Positions 34,633-46,400 of a DNA stretch of 64,000 nt are shown here, one piece after another. The stretch is from Rhina ancylostomus (lineage: Eukaryota), in assembly GCA_030265395.1 (NCBI GenBank), contig JARFYF010000017.1, positions 18,776,473 through 18,840,472 of the forward strand, written 5' to 3'. The notes under the pieces were generated by a model. It saw only the letters and a list, made by a program, of their open reading frames with translations, did no database searches and was not told where the DNA came from. Position 1 is the first letter of the stretch, and every line of letters starts with the position of its first letter. Made by a program: the position numbers and the translations under genes.

Positions 34633-37600
34633 TTGGGTGGTGATATCAAGTGAGTATGACACTCAATGAGTTCCACTGCAAAACATACTGAATGGCATAA
34701 CAAGGGCTTGATTCACTATCAATGAAGACTACTAGTATTTCTCTATTATAGCAACCTGCTTGCATTACAATGTTTATTGGACAAATATAGAAATGCACAG
34801 GAGCCAACTCCTCAGGTCATACTTGTCCTTGAAATAAAGAGGGGACTGGTTTGGTACCATGTGTAAAACTTGTACTTTCTCTTTTAGATTTGTATATTTG
34901 TTAGGTAGCAAGAAATGCATTAAACTTTTAAGTGTATGGATTTCTTGTTAGTAGTAAGAATTCAGTGAGGAAAGCCACAGAAGACTTCAATGCTTAAACT
35001 GTTGAATCTTGCTGAGAAGTATTTTTTAATAAGCGTGTTTGCTTTTTTTTGTTGTGGATTTCTTTTCTTATAGAAACAGTATTTTCCTTTTAGCAAAACT
35101 GAGTTGATGCAAATAACATGCAGATCTGTCAGTCCTTGCAATTATCACTTAGGGTTAAAAGTAGCAAGAGTACAGTACTGTATTTAAATTAACAGTCACA
35201 CATTTTCAGAAATACGTAGCAATCAAACATGTACTCTGTTCTGAAAAAAAGTTGCATATATCCACTGAGCAATTTTTGTAAATGATTTTCCGCTACAAAT
35301 GTTTGACTTCCAGCTGAAACGAAATGTTCCCTACAAAAATAACCATGATTGCTGTGTAAAACTGACAGAGCAATATTTCATGAATTGCTTCTGGTTCTAT
35401 CTGCAGCATTTCAAGGGAAAGAATTAGCTATAAGCAGGGAATAAGTTCTGGCAATTAAATAAAGGCGAAACATCACTTCCATTTCCTTGTTTTGTCAAAC
35501 AAGTGCTGTCCAAGCGTTTGTTAGATATTTTTATTGATTACATTATTTTGTTGGGTGACATAAGATCTAAAACAATGTTTTTGTTCAATCGAACAGTGGT
35601 AAGGAAATGTAATTTTGATCCTTTGTCAAGTGGGACAGCAACTTATTCAATTAGGAGAGTGAATTGAGACTTTGATGAAAGCTCCATTAAAGCTTCTTTT
35701 TATCATTCATTGCATGGGCTTTTTTAAATTCCACCAGTTTTATAACATACATATATTCTTTTGCTGAAAATGCAATTAGTTTATGAAGCATTTGCTTCGA
35801 TAAACAATACCTCCACCCCCACTTCTCTCCGTAGACTTTTCCTACAAAAACAGAGTATCAAAGCATTTGATGTCTCTGTGATTGCAATGGCAGATTGTGC
35901 CTGCAGGGGCTAGTCTTGCCTACAAATAATCACTCCTTCTCATGCTTTGGGAACTGTGCCTGATAGACTATGAAAATAATGTTTGCATTATGACGGAAAG
36001 CAGTTAACCTGGAGTGTTAAAGGCTATTTGGGGCAGCACAGAAAAGGCCAGTAATTACTTTAATAATCTACACTTGCTGACTGGTGTGCAAAATTATAAA
36101 TCTGACAAAAGATGGAATTGAATATCTACAGCACACATATATAATTTAAACAAATGCAATGCTACACAACAGGAACATACAGAACTATACAAATCCATTT
36201 GGGTTCTGCTTTATAAGGTGGAACTTGTGTGCAAAACAATGATACAAAGGCTATACAGTTTGAGGTATGGAGATAGTTAAAAACTGTGCCCATTGGAGTA
36301 TAAGTGTGCTTTATCTTTACTGACAGATAGTTTGACCAGTGTTANNNNNNNNNNNNNNNNNNNNNNNNNNNNNNNNNNNNNNNNNNNNNNNNNNNNNNNN
36401 NNNNNNNNNNNNNNNNNNNNNNNNNNNNNNNNNNNNNNNNNNNNNNNNNNNNNNNNNNNNNNNNNNNNNNNNNNNNNNNNNNNNNNNNNNNNNNNNNNNN
36501 NNNNNNNNNNNNNNNNNNNNNNNNNNNNNNNNNNNNNNNNNNNNNNNNNNNNNNNNNNNNNNNNNNNNNNNNNNNNNNNNNNNNNNNNNNNNNNNNNNNN
36601 NNNNNNNNNNNNNNNNNNNNNNNNNNNNNNNNNNNNNNNNNNNNNNNNNNNNNNNNNNNNNNNNNNNNNNNNNNNNNNNNNNNTTTAATTTCCACCCCCA
36701 CCCCCTCCCCACCTTGAAGCCTTGGCAGCAATAGAAATGAACAGAACACCCTGCATTAGCCAGGAGTAATTTAAATATTGCATTAAAAAAGCATTAGTGC
36801 TGTTCTCCCTGGCTAATGTAATGACTATAATTTTTGTTTGTATCTTTCAGTTTAAACTTCGTATCATACGTATTGTGATTTAATGATTTTACTGCCATCT
36901 TTTAGTAGCTAGTATTTTAGAGAATATGGCCAAATCTCATTATCATATATTTCAACAGTCTTTTATATTTTATACTTACCATTAAGAGTAGTTATGTATT
37001 AGCTATTATTTTGGAGTACATTGATGGAAACAACATAACTACTCTCTGCTTATGAGACAAATGTATATGAAATTCAGAAAGTATAGTGGCTCAACTGTAC
37101 ATTGCCAGGCATTAGTGACTTTGTGTGCTAATGTAGAATATTTATGCATGAAAATAGGATTTTTAGGCTTCATCTTGCAGTTAAGGTGTTAGCCAGAAGT
37201 GATTATTCCATCTGATTACTATGGCAAATGTGTCAACCAGACAGGAGCAAATACACTTAAAAAAGGCATTTTAAGGTCTATGGATTTTTAAGGTAACCTA
37301 AATTGATGCTAAAAGTATGTAGAATGACTATAAATATGCATTGCCTGGTAATTATCTTAATAACTATGGTTTAAAGTTCCTTCATATTCTGGAAACCACT
37401 AAAAAGGAATCATTTAAGTTAGAGGACAAATAGTAAAAAGCCCAAGGAATTTACTGTTTTATCTGGAGACCCTACCCAAATGTATTATGATAAAAAAAAA
37501 GCCACAAAGAAATGCAATATCAGATATTTCTTTCCCTGTATGCTTGGCAACACATTTGATGAAATGGATGAGGTATCTGGTAAAGGAGGATTTTGGAGTA

Positions 37601-40600
37601 CTAAATGTTAAAATATCCTAATAATTAGCCTTGTTAAAAATATACTGTTTGTTTTGTCAGTATCTAAATAGTGAGCAGGTATAAGTGTGATAATTGGCCA
37701 TGATTATTTGAATAAAGCTAGTCTTAGTGAAGTCAGCTGTAATGTATTTTCACCAGTATGCTCTCTGTGTGCACAGGTAAACCATGAAGCAGGTGATTGA
37801 GTATGCACATAAGTGTAAGATTTAGTTGCTGTTTAAAAAATGTGTGATTGGGTTGCATTTTGTTCCCACTGGAAAACTTTTTTTTCAGAGGTAGGAAAAG
37901 ATAACGGCAATGTGCTTTGGAACCGTGGCAGGGCACAGGATACGAGCAGAAGGAAACTGATTGCACTGTCGTACTGAAGGATTTTTAATTCACAGTGTAG
38001 TTGTTCACAGCAATCGTATGCAGCTGGCTACAAAGTAGAATTTCTCACGTTGAAGTCCCAGACAGAAAAGATGCTGAGCCATAAATAAAACAGCCACACA
38101 CCTGGAATGAATAAATTGCTTGTGTTGCTATTGCAATATACTCTAGATTTATGCCCAGTTAGTGAATTTTAGGAAATTGGTGAGAAATGCGTTAAATTGC
38201 CATGTAGATTGCTGGCTATCCATAGTTTTGTTTTACTTAATTGGCGCAAAGATTCTAAAGTGGTTCCAAAGTGCTTCTGTAATCAACCATGTCAAAGAAA
38301 AGGTGCTTAAGGAGTACCAATGTAAGATGGACTGCTTGTAAGCTGTAGCAGCATAAGAAAGCTTTTTAAATATATCATATTACCATTGTGGACCTCATGT
38401 GCCAGTGTATTAGAATTCTGTGGAACAACACAGACAAGCCAGTGTAAATTTGATGATGAATACTGTGTAGAAACAGAAGTCTAGTACATAACCTATAATT
38501 GATTAGGTGGTAGATGAATTAATATCCTTAATCTTTTCCATATTGCATAAAGTGGACTTGTGTGCCATCTTAAAAGAAGTGTTAGCCTTTAATGCACTGC
38601 CAGATTTGAAACAGTGCTTAATGTCCTCAATCCATCCAATGTATTTATCCAATCCATGTCAGCGCTCTCATTTTTCCCCCCTCTTTTACTAAGTGTTTAC
38701 TCCTTTGGCAAGGAAAAAGCATTTAAAACTGATGTTCATGGTCTGATGCTTCAGATTCCTTCACTGCTGGTTTAAAAGGCTCCCTGTCTGAAATTCATCT
38801 CCAGTTACCATACAGCAATCCCCCAGGGTCCTCCCGATATTTAGCAAAAAAGGAGCCCTGCATCCACTTATGAGTGGGGTTTAATAACAGGCAAATGTGT
38901 TTCTTATTTTGCATCTTGTTAAGAAAGATGCGTGCTATCAAGTAGTCTCCTGGTGTAAGGCTTGGTGCAGTGCCTGCAAGTGTAATGATGCTCTGACTGT
39001 TAACACTCGCATCCCTCAACCACTTAAAATCCCAGCTGAGCTGAGACAAAATGACTTCATTTGTGCACTGGGCCGAACTGTGAAAGTTCTTTATATCTCG
39101 TCCTCTGACGATTTGTGCAGCATTTAAATTGTGGAAATATGAAGTGTAAACATGGCTGCAGTGCCAGAGTACATGCTGCTGATGGAGGCTTAGTGCACCA
39201 AGTTTTGTACAGCAAAATCTTATTGCATGCTGATGTGTTAAATCTGATGTTGCAGTACATTGAGTTCAATATTCTAAGAGAGTTTAATGTATTGTGGCAA
39301 TGTTTTTCTGCATAATACATTTCCTTTGTTCGGAATGAAATAGTGGAATGTTACAAGCAAGAGATTTTTTTTAGAAACCATTGACCTTATGTCAAATGTA
39401 AACCATGTCCATCTGGATAGCAGCAGTGGTATTCCTTCTATTTGATCCCACTCTATTGCCATACTTTTTAGTTTATGGTAATGAGCTGATCATGCAGGTG
39501 CAGAACCCGCGCATTGCATTTACAGTTAATTTCTCATTTAGCTCAGAATTTAGGATGTAAGGCAAAAGAGTGCGAGTAGCTAAATGTCCTGAGAAATACT
39601 GATGACCTTCCTCTTCCTTTTCCATTCCTGTAATAGTGAAAAGATGAGGTTTTTAAAAATCCATTGTCAAACTTGCCCAGAGAGAATGATCTCAATCGAG
39701 GCAGCAGGAGGGTACTGCAATTGGCTCAGCAATTCTCTGTTAAGGAGTGAAAAATTACCATCATTTGCCACTATCCAGACAGAACCCCTGCCGGAAGTAT
39801 GCAAGTGTAACTGTCAGGTGACAACAGAATAATGCTTGCTTGTGATGCCTTCTCTGACCAAATAGCCTGCTATTATTCCCTGTCTATTCTTAAGCATGAA
39901 TTAAAGGCCACTGGGACAATAAACTAGAGGGCTTTGGCTCTGTCCTCTCCAAGCAGCAAACACTCTCCTAGGTAGTGATGGAAATTGTCACGGCAAAAGA
40001 CCTATCAATGAACAAGTCATGACTAAGCTGCCAGAAGGAACCATATATGTATATATTCATTGTATGTTCCATTGTTAATATATTTTTCTTTTGTTTCTTT
40101 ATTAAATGGTAGTCTGCAAAGCCATAATATTTATTAAGAAACCCTATTGTTCCTGGTCTTGGACAGGACAGAAGATCATTCAAAATATTTTGATATTTAT
40201 TTTCACTTTGAAGCAGAGGCTGTCATAAACTTGCATTTCTCCAGAAGTTGTATTTCCACTTGAGCAGAAGGTGCAAAAAGGAGTCAAAATCTGATGGCCA
40301 ATGACTCACTGCCGTTCTGCAGCTTCACTGAGGAAGGAATACTGTGGTCATTCTGGATGTTTCAAACCATCCATTTGCTGTAGCGCCAAGCCTAAAACAG
40401 GATTATGGCACTTGCATACGTCTTTTAATGCTTCTTTAATATATGTCCTGCAAGTAGCCCAAATAATTATTGTGTTGATCAGATTTTATTCACATGGATT
40501 TTTCCAGAGTTGAAAGCAGTTTTAATGATACTTTAAAAAAATCACATATTTTAAACAGAAAATCCCAAAGGTATGCCATTATAAAGTGTAATGTGAACAA

Positions 40601-41061
40601 AAGGCAACTGCATGGAGACTGATTTCATTATTTATATTAAAAATATACTAAGCCATGACTATCATTTATTTTTAATTTAATGCATTTTACTTTGTTCCTA
40701 GTGATAAAAAAAAGATAATTTGATTGAAATATTTCTGTTTTCCATTAATGGCTTTATAGCTTTTTGCATTTTAATCTACTTTATTTGTGTGTTTTAGGAT
40801 TTATAGAGATGCCTTAATCCTTTGTCTAATAGCTGAATATAAGTAAGATGCACTGAATAGGGAAAGCTTAGCGCTAAGATTTAAGAGTAGACTTGCATCA
40901 CTGTGTTACATATCAAACAAGCGAAAATTATGAATTGGTAGTCCATTTTTCTTTTCTCCCCCTCACCCCACTTTTTGAGATTATATTTTTGATCACATAT
41001 TTTATTTCGGTATGATTTTAATGAACTTTTGTACTGTTAGCTTATTTAAGAAAATACTATG

Positions 41062-43475
41062 ATGCAAATGATCTGAATCTTCAATCATTTATTAGCATTA
41101 ATCAGTACATACATTTAACAATAAGACCATAAAGAATTGTTGAGTTTGAAATATATTGAGCCTTTAAAGTGTAAACAAATAAAAACATGTAGTCAATTTT
41201 AAAATGGTGTTCATGATTAATGTTAGTACATCAATGAGGCTTCAGATGCAAATACGAGCGGCTATAATTCATGTCACATTCAGTAAAATATGGGGGAAAA
41301 TGCTAAAATAATAGGAGGGTAAGAAAAAAATAACAATCTCAGAAGGGCAGCTGTCTCACGCCCCAGCTTGGAAAAAGGCTGTTCAATAGGATTACTGTCC
41401 TCTCTCATAACCTATCAGTCTGCTGATCAGAAATTCATAATGCAGGCCATCTATTTTTCAGCTCCTGCAAGGTTGCATGATTGAATTTAAATGAGCAAAT
41501 GCCAGAAGTGGGCTTTGACATTCACTCTTCATACTGTCTTTTTCATCCCCCTGCTTGCCACCATCTCGTAACATGCAAATAGGAAGCTGCGATGATCACA
41601 AGTGATCACAAAATGGAGGATTTCAGCAGAGCGAGGGGAGTGAGGGAAAAAATAATGTAAATGGTTGCTGACGTGCTGTCAGTGGAGAAATTGCTGTTCT
41701 GAAACCATTTGTGTTGAAATTAGTAGAAATAAAATTATCTCAGAACATCTTTGGACTGTCCTCCATTTCAGCCAGCCATTTGCAATCTCCCTATTTGATA
41801 CTGTTGATAATTATCCTACAGAAGCAAATTGCAAATGTCTGAAATAACCAAAATTATCTTGGAAGTATAATGATACATAATACAGCGAGAAACAGCAAAT
41901 TTAGACCCCACTAGTGCATAAATAGACAAATTCTGCAGGAGACCGTAATGTCAGTGGTGTCGTTTATGGGTGTACCTTATTAGTTCTAACAGGCTGGTTA
42001 GCATGGGGTCACCTCCACGGCTGCTGCACGCCACAGCAGGGTCATGCATCTTCAGGCTAAAACCAAGCAAAAACAAGCTGAAGATTCTGTCAGATCAGTC
42101 CAGCATGCAAATGTTGTCTTTCTTTTCTTTGTGCATGTGTATCTGTGTATATGTGTGCGTGCACAAGTGTGTCTGTTTTGTTTTCCCTTTCTCCACCAGC
42201 TTCCTCCCCCCCCTTGCTCTATATCTGCAGGACCATGTGATCCTGTTCTGGGCACAGTAGATAAAAGAAGTACATCAACAGGGAAAGAAATAAAGGGCAT
42301 CAGTTTATCTCTGTTCCTTACTTCTCTTCCACCACTTCATAAATTTGGATGAAATTTAAAACCTTCAATAACTTATTTTTTCACACGTTCTCCATGGCTT
42401 ATTTCTGTTATCTTAAATTGACGAGATTTTAAAAAATTTGACTTACTCTCAATATGGTTGCCTTCTTTTAAAACAGTTGTGTAATTTATCACATCTTGCA
42501 TAATTTGGTTCAGAATAATGGTTTATCATCTAAACAGAGTTTATTCTCTCTGTAAAAATATGAGATAGCATTTATTTTTCTAGGCATAGTGTTCTGATGT
42601 AACTGCACCCCCTTCCATAAATGTTTTCATCAAATTCAGCTACACCGAAGAGAGAGTCAGCAGACATGTGATTAAAATTATGTTTCTCTTATAAAGTGTT
42701 CGATCAGTCCAGGGTGGACCTCTTCGAATGACATTTTCATCTGAATTTGTGTCATAGGCTATTATTGAGTTATTTTTATATGAAACAATTCTGGTTTTGA
42801 ATATATAGAAGACATTGCACTGTTTTTAATCCCAAGCACATGCTTGCAATGTGGTTCTAGCCCCAAACCACCAACTCCTTAGAGCAATGTCTGGAAAAGT
42901 GACTCTTACAAGTTACGAAAGCCTTCAGGTTTTCCTTTGTAAAGCGTTTAACTGTGACCCACCCCTCCTCTCTTCCCTCCCCCTATCCAAGGCTTCATGA
43001 TGTCTTGCCTGCTGGCTTAACATGTAGTTGTCTTTTTATTTTTTTATATACCAGTCACAACTCAGAGAGAGGAGGGGATAGCAAAACCTTGAAGGATGGA
43101 GCTCAAAATTCAAAGCAGCCACAGGGAATTCCAAGGCAAGAGCACAAGGCAAACAAGCTGAGGTAAGGCAGTTCTATCCTTTTCCTCATTTTATTTATGG
43201 CCTCGTAGTGCGAGACTTTAAAAAACTTGTACTTGACTGCCAAAGCAGATGAGCATGGAAATCATGTGAATATGCAAAGCAGGCACACAGGCTGCGTTTG
43301 TGACACGTGTATGTGTGTATCCATCTCCCCTCCTCCTTGCCTCAGCGTCTGATCCTCAACAGATTGCTGTTGTTTCTTCTGATCACCAGCCCTGTGTGCA
43401 GAGAGGGGCTTCAAGCTCAGAATCATGACATGATTGCAGTGTTTTTTAATGTGCGCTTTTCTAGCTCATTTGCAT
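41062..43475. promoter_or_regulatory. Putative enhancer/CNE cluster with five perfect POU octamers
   Basis: ATGCAAAT at 41062, 41246, 41573 and 42105; ATTTGCAT at 43468; high-complexity, repeat-free context. Confidence 0.4.
43055..43162 (+). other. Candidate 108-nt spliced exon of an unidentified host gene
   Basis: Acceptor tctttttatttttttatataccag| and donor gag|gtaagg; length divisible by 3; one open frame (phase 2/2) HNSERGGDSKTLKDGAQNSKQPQGIPRQEHKANKL; purine-rich. Confidence 0.4.
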
Positions 43476-46400
43476 GTCAAAGCCACGGAGGTGTGAGGGC
43501 AGAGATTAGTATGGATATGACATAATGATGTAATGAATTGAATGTGATCGCTTATGCAAGTAAGCAGGCGAGGACTTCTGATTTACTGTACAAGGTTGAT
43601 TAGTGCCAGGGGCTGTCAGAATGCATTCTTTATTAGGGCTGATTTTTTTTTAAAATAATAGTGCTTTTCAGTTTTATTTGTTTTCACTTCGGCATCATTT
43701 TTTAACCTGATTTTATTTGTGTGGAATTTTATGATCATTAAACATGAGGCACAGCTTGACAATCAGACATTTATTGGCAAAATTTATAGAATCTACAACA
43801 GTATTTGTGAACAAAAGATGCTGAGTTAAAATATGATGCACGAATATTTCTATTTATATTATTAGTTGTTATTTCTATTTATCAATACAGGCAAATCTAT
43901 AGCTTTATATTTAACAACACTGAAGTCAAATTGTAGTAATGCTGTCAGGGATGACTTAAACAGAGCCGTGTTTGCATTCAAAGTGCTGATGATATGACGT
44001 ATTAGCCCAGTCTTACATTTGCCAGTTTGTTGATAGTTCGCAGAATTTAATTTAAATGTTGGATCTACTGCTCATTTATTAAAATTATTTTAATTTTAAT
44101 TTTTAATCAATTTTTCAATTGCAACACATGGTCTACTATTGAACAATGCAGCAATTCAGAAAAATTGAGGAGAAAAGCCTAGTAAGCTTTGTTTTTCATG
44201 AATTTAATCCCAGGCATTCATCTGGTTTTATATAAGTCATAAATCGAGTAAAATAAAACTTCTTGTCTGTAAAGGCAGTGAGATTCTGTTTATCCTCTAC
44301 CTGGTGTTTTAACTTGTAGAATGTTTGCTTTGCTGCCCCTATAAGCTTGCAATTGCTACAGAGCTCCCACCGAAACCCTAGTCTGTAGTGCCAATAAGAA
44401 AGAAAGGCAGAAAAGAGGATTATTACTATTGATCCACCCAAGGGGATCATTAAACATCAGTATCAATCCACAAATCAGCAGTCTGTGGTAGTTGCTTGGG
44501 CAGTCATTGGCAATTTGTCCCTATTAGATGGCCTTGCCCGAGGTGTCGATGATGAGAGTGTGTCTTTATCAGAACTTCAGATAGTAATTTTAGATTTTTT
44601 TCAAAAAATTCCGGGGTCACATCAGAAAATGGAAGCTCAATATTTTGGTCTTTTAAAAGTGATATAAGCTTAATAAATGCACTGGACTTGCCTGATCTTT
44701 TGTCCCCATTATTACTCAACAGAAGTAGTTCTACATTGTGGGGTTTAGAAGTTTACAGTTTATTATCAGTTAAATATAAAATTATTTTTGATTCAATCAA
44801 TGTAACTCAAATAAAATTCACACAATACAAGGTATAAATAAAAGAAATGTCACATACTTTGAGTTATATGTATTATGGGAAAGAAAATATACCTCTGATC
44901 GTATCAGTAATTTACTGATCAAAAACTGATATTGATCTTCAGTAATCATAAATCCATTGTAGTTATTTCTTAGTTCTCCGCTACTTTCAGGTTTTGATCA
45001 TTGGCAATTTGGATGTCTGAAATACAACATAGTGAATTACTTTCTACCATGTATTTTATTCATTTTCTTTAGGGTATCGATTTAATGTTTGCCTCTGTGA
45101 AGTTAATGATATAACTGCATGTAAAAAAAACTGTTAAAAGTAGATTGGTAATTTCTTTTTTCAGTTGAAATGCTCTAAAGAAATGCTCTCAATATTAAAG
45201 TAGTAATCACTTCATCACAATTGTTCAGTACTATACACATTTGTTGTAAATTCCCCTTGATTAGTTCTTGTGCTTTTTCAGTTTATTTACAGATATGTCT
45301 TTTGTTCTCGATAATGTGATTTAAGCTTCTGTAATCGGGAAGCCTTTTTTACAAAAATAATTTATAGGTAAACCTTCTATTGCATGCAACCTAATGTCAG
45401 AACATGAAGAAATATCTGTAAAACCTTTACTATTTATCAAGGCAGAGGTGATTCCATTCTCAATCTCATCATTGTACAGCAATAAATAGNNNNNNNNNNN
45501 NNNNNNNNNNNNNNNNNNNNNNNNNNNNNNNNNNNNNNNNNNNNNNNNNNNNNNNNNNNNNNNNNNNNNNNNNNNNNNNNNNNNNNNNNGATTCCATTCT
45601 CAATCTCATCATTGTACAGAAATAAATAGCTAAAGTTAGATGTACACCTGAGCCTCATTAGTGGGACAAATGATTTGACTTCAGTGAGTTAATTGAAGCC
45701 CATTACTGATTAAATACTTTCTTTCAACCTAAGTGCATATTTCAGTATTTCGCACAAAATAGTACACGATGAATATTTATTCTTGAACAATTATTATGCA
45801 GCATAATCTGCACATGTCACAGTTCTTCTTCTCATTGTGAGACAATATATAATGATGGCCATTTTTTGTCATTTTTTTCCTGTGGTAATGAAAAAAATCA
45901 GATCAGAAATCTGAATTAACACAAACTAACAATCCATTAGCAACTTATACTACTACATAAAACCAAAACAAGATATTTCCGCTTTCTTTTCATGAGGATT
46001 GAAATAGAGAAGCAGCAACATAAAGCAGAAACCCTGTTTTTTAGAAAGTTTGCATTTAACAAAAGGATTTAGTCATCACCTTTTAAGGCTACACTAGGCA
46101 TTGACTTTATACATCTGTACATTTTTAATAAATTTAATTTATTATTTAACTTACTGACATTTCAAAAACATTCTAATCAGTACTTATAATATTGCAGTCA
46201 ACAAAATGGCTTTATCATTTTTAGTAAATTGCTTGTTTATATGTACAGCTAAGTAGCATTCCTGCATATTCTCCTTGGGTAAAGTAGATGTTTTACTTTG
46301 ATGATTTGCTTTGTAATTTAGATGCTAGATTTTGCTTTGTTTTTAAGGCTTGAACAAATTATTGGTTTTAACTAAAAAGTGTGATTTCAATGTTATCTTC

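Noticed and set aside
36293-36749. ORFs spanning N runs (also near 900, 4100, 25600, 32500, 33400, 45400)
   Set aside because: Open only because N codons contain no stops.
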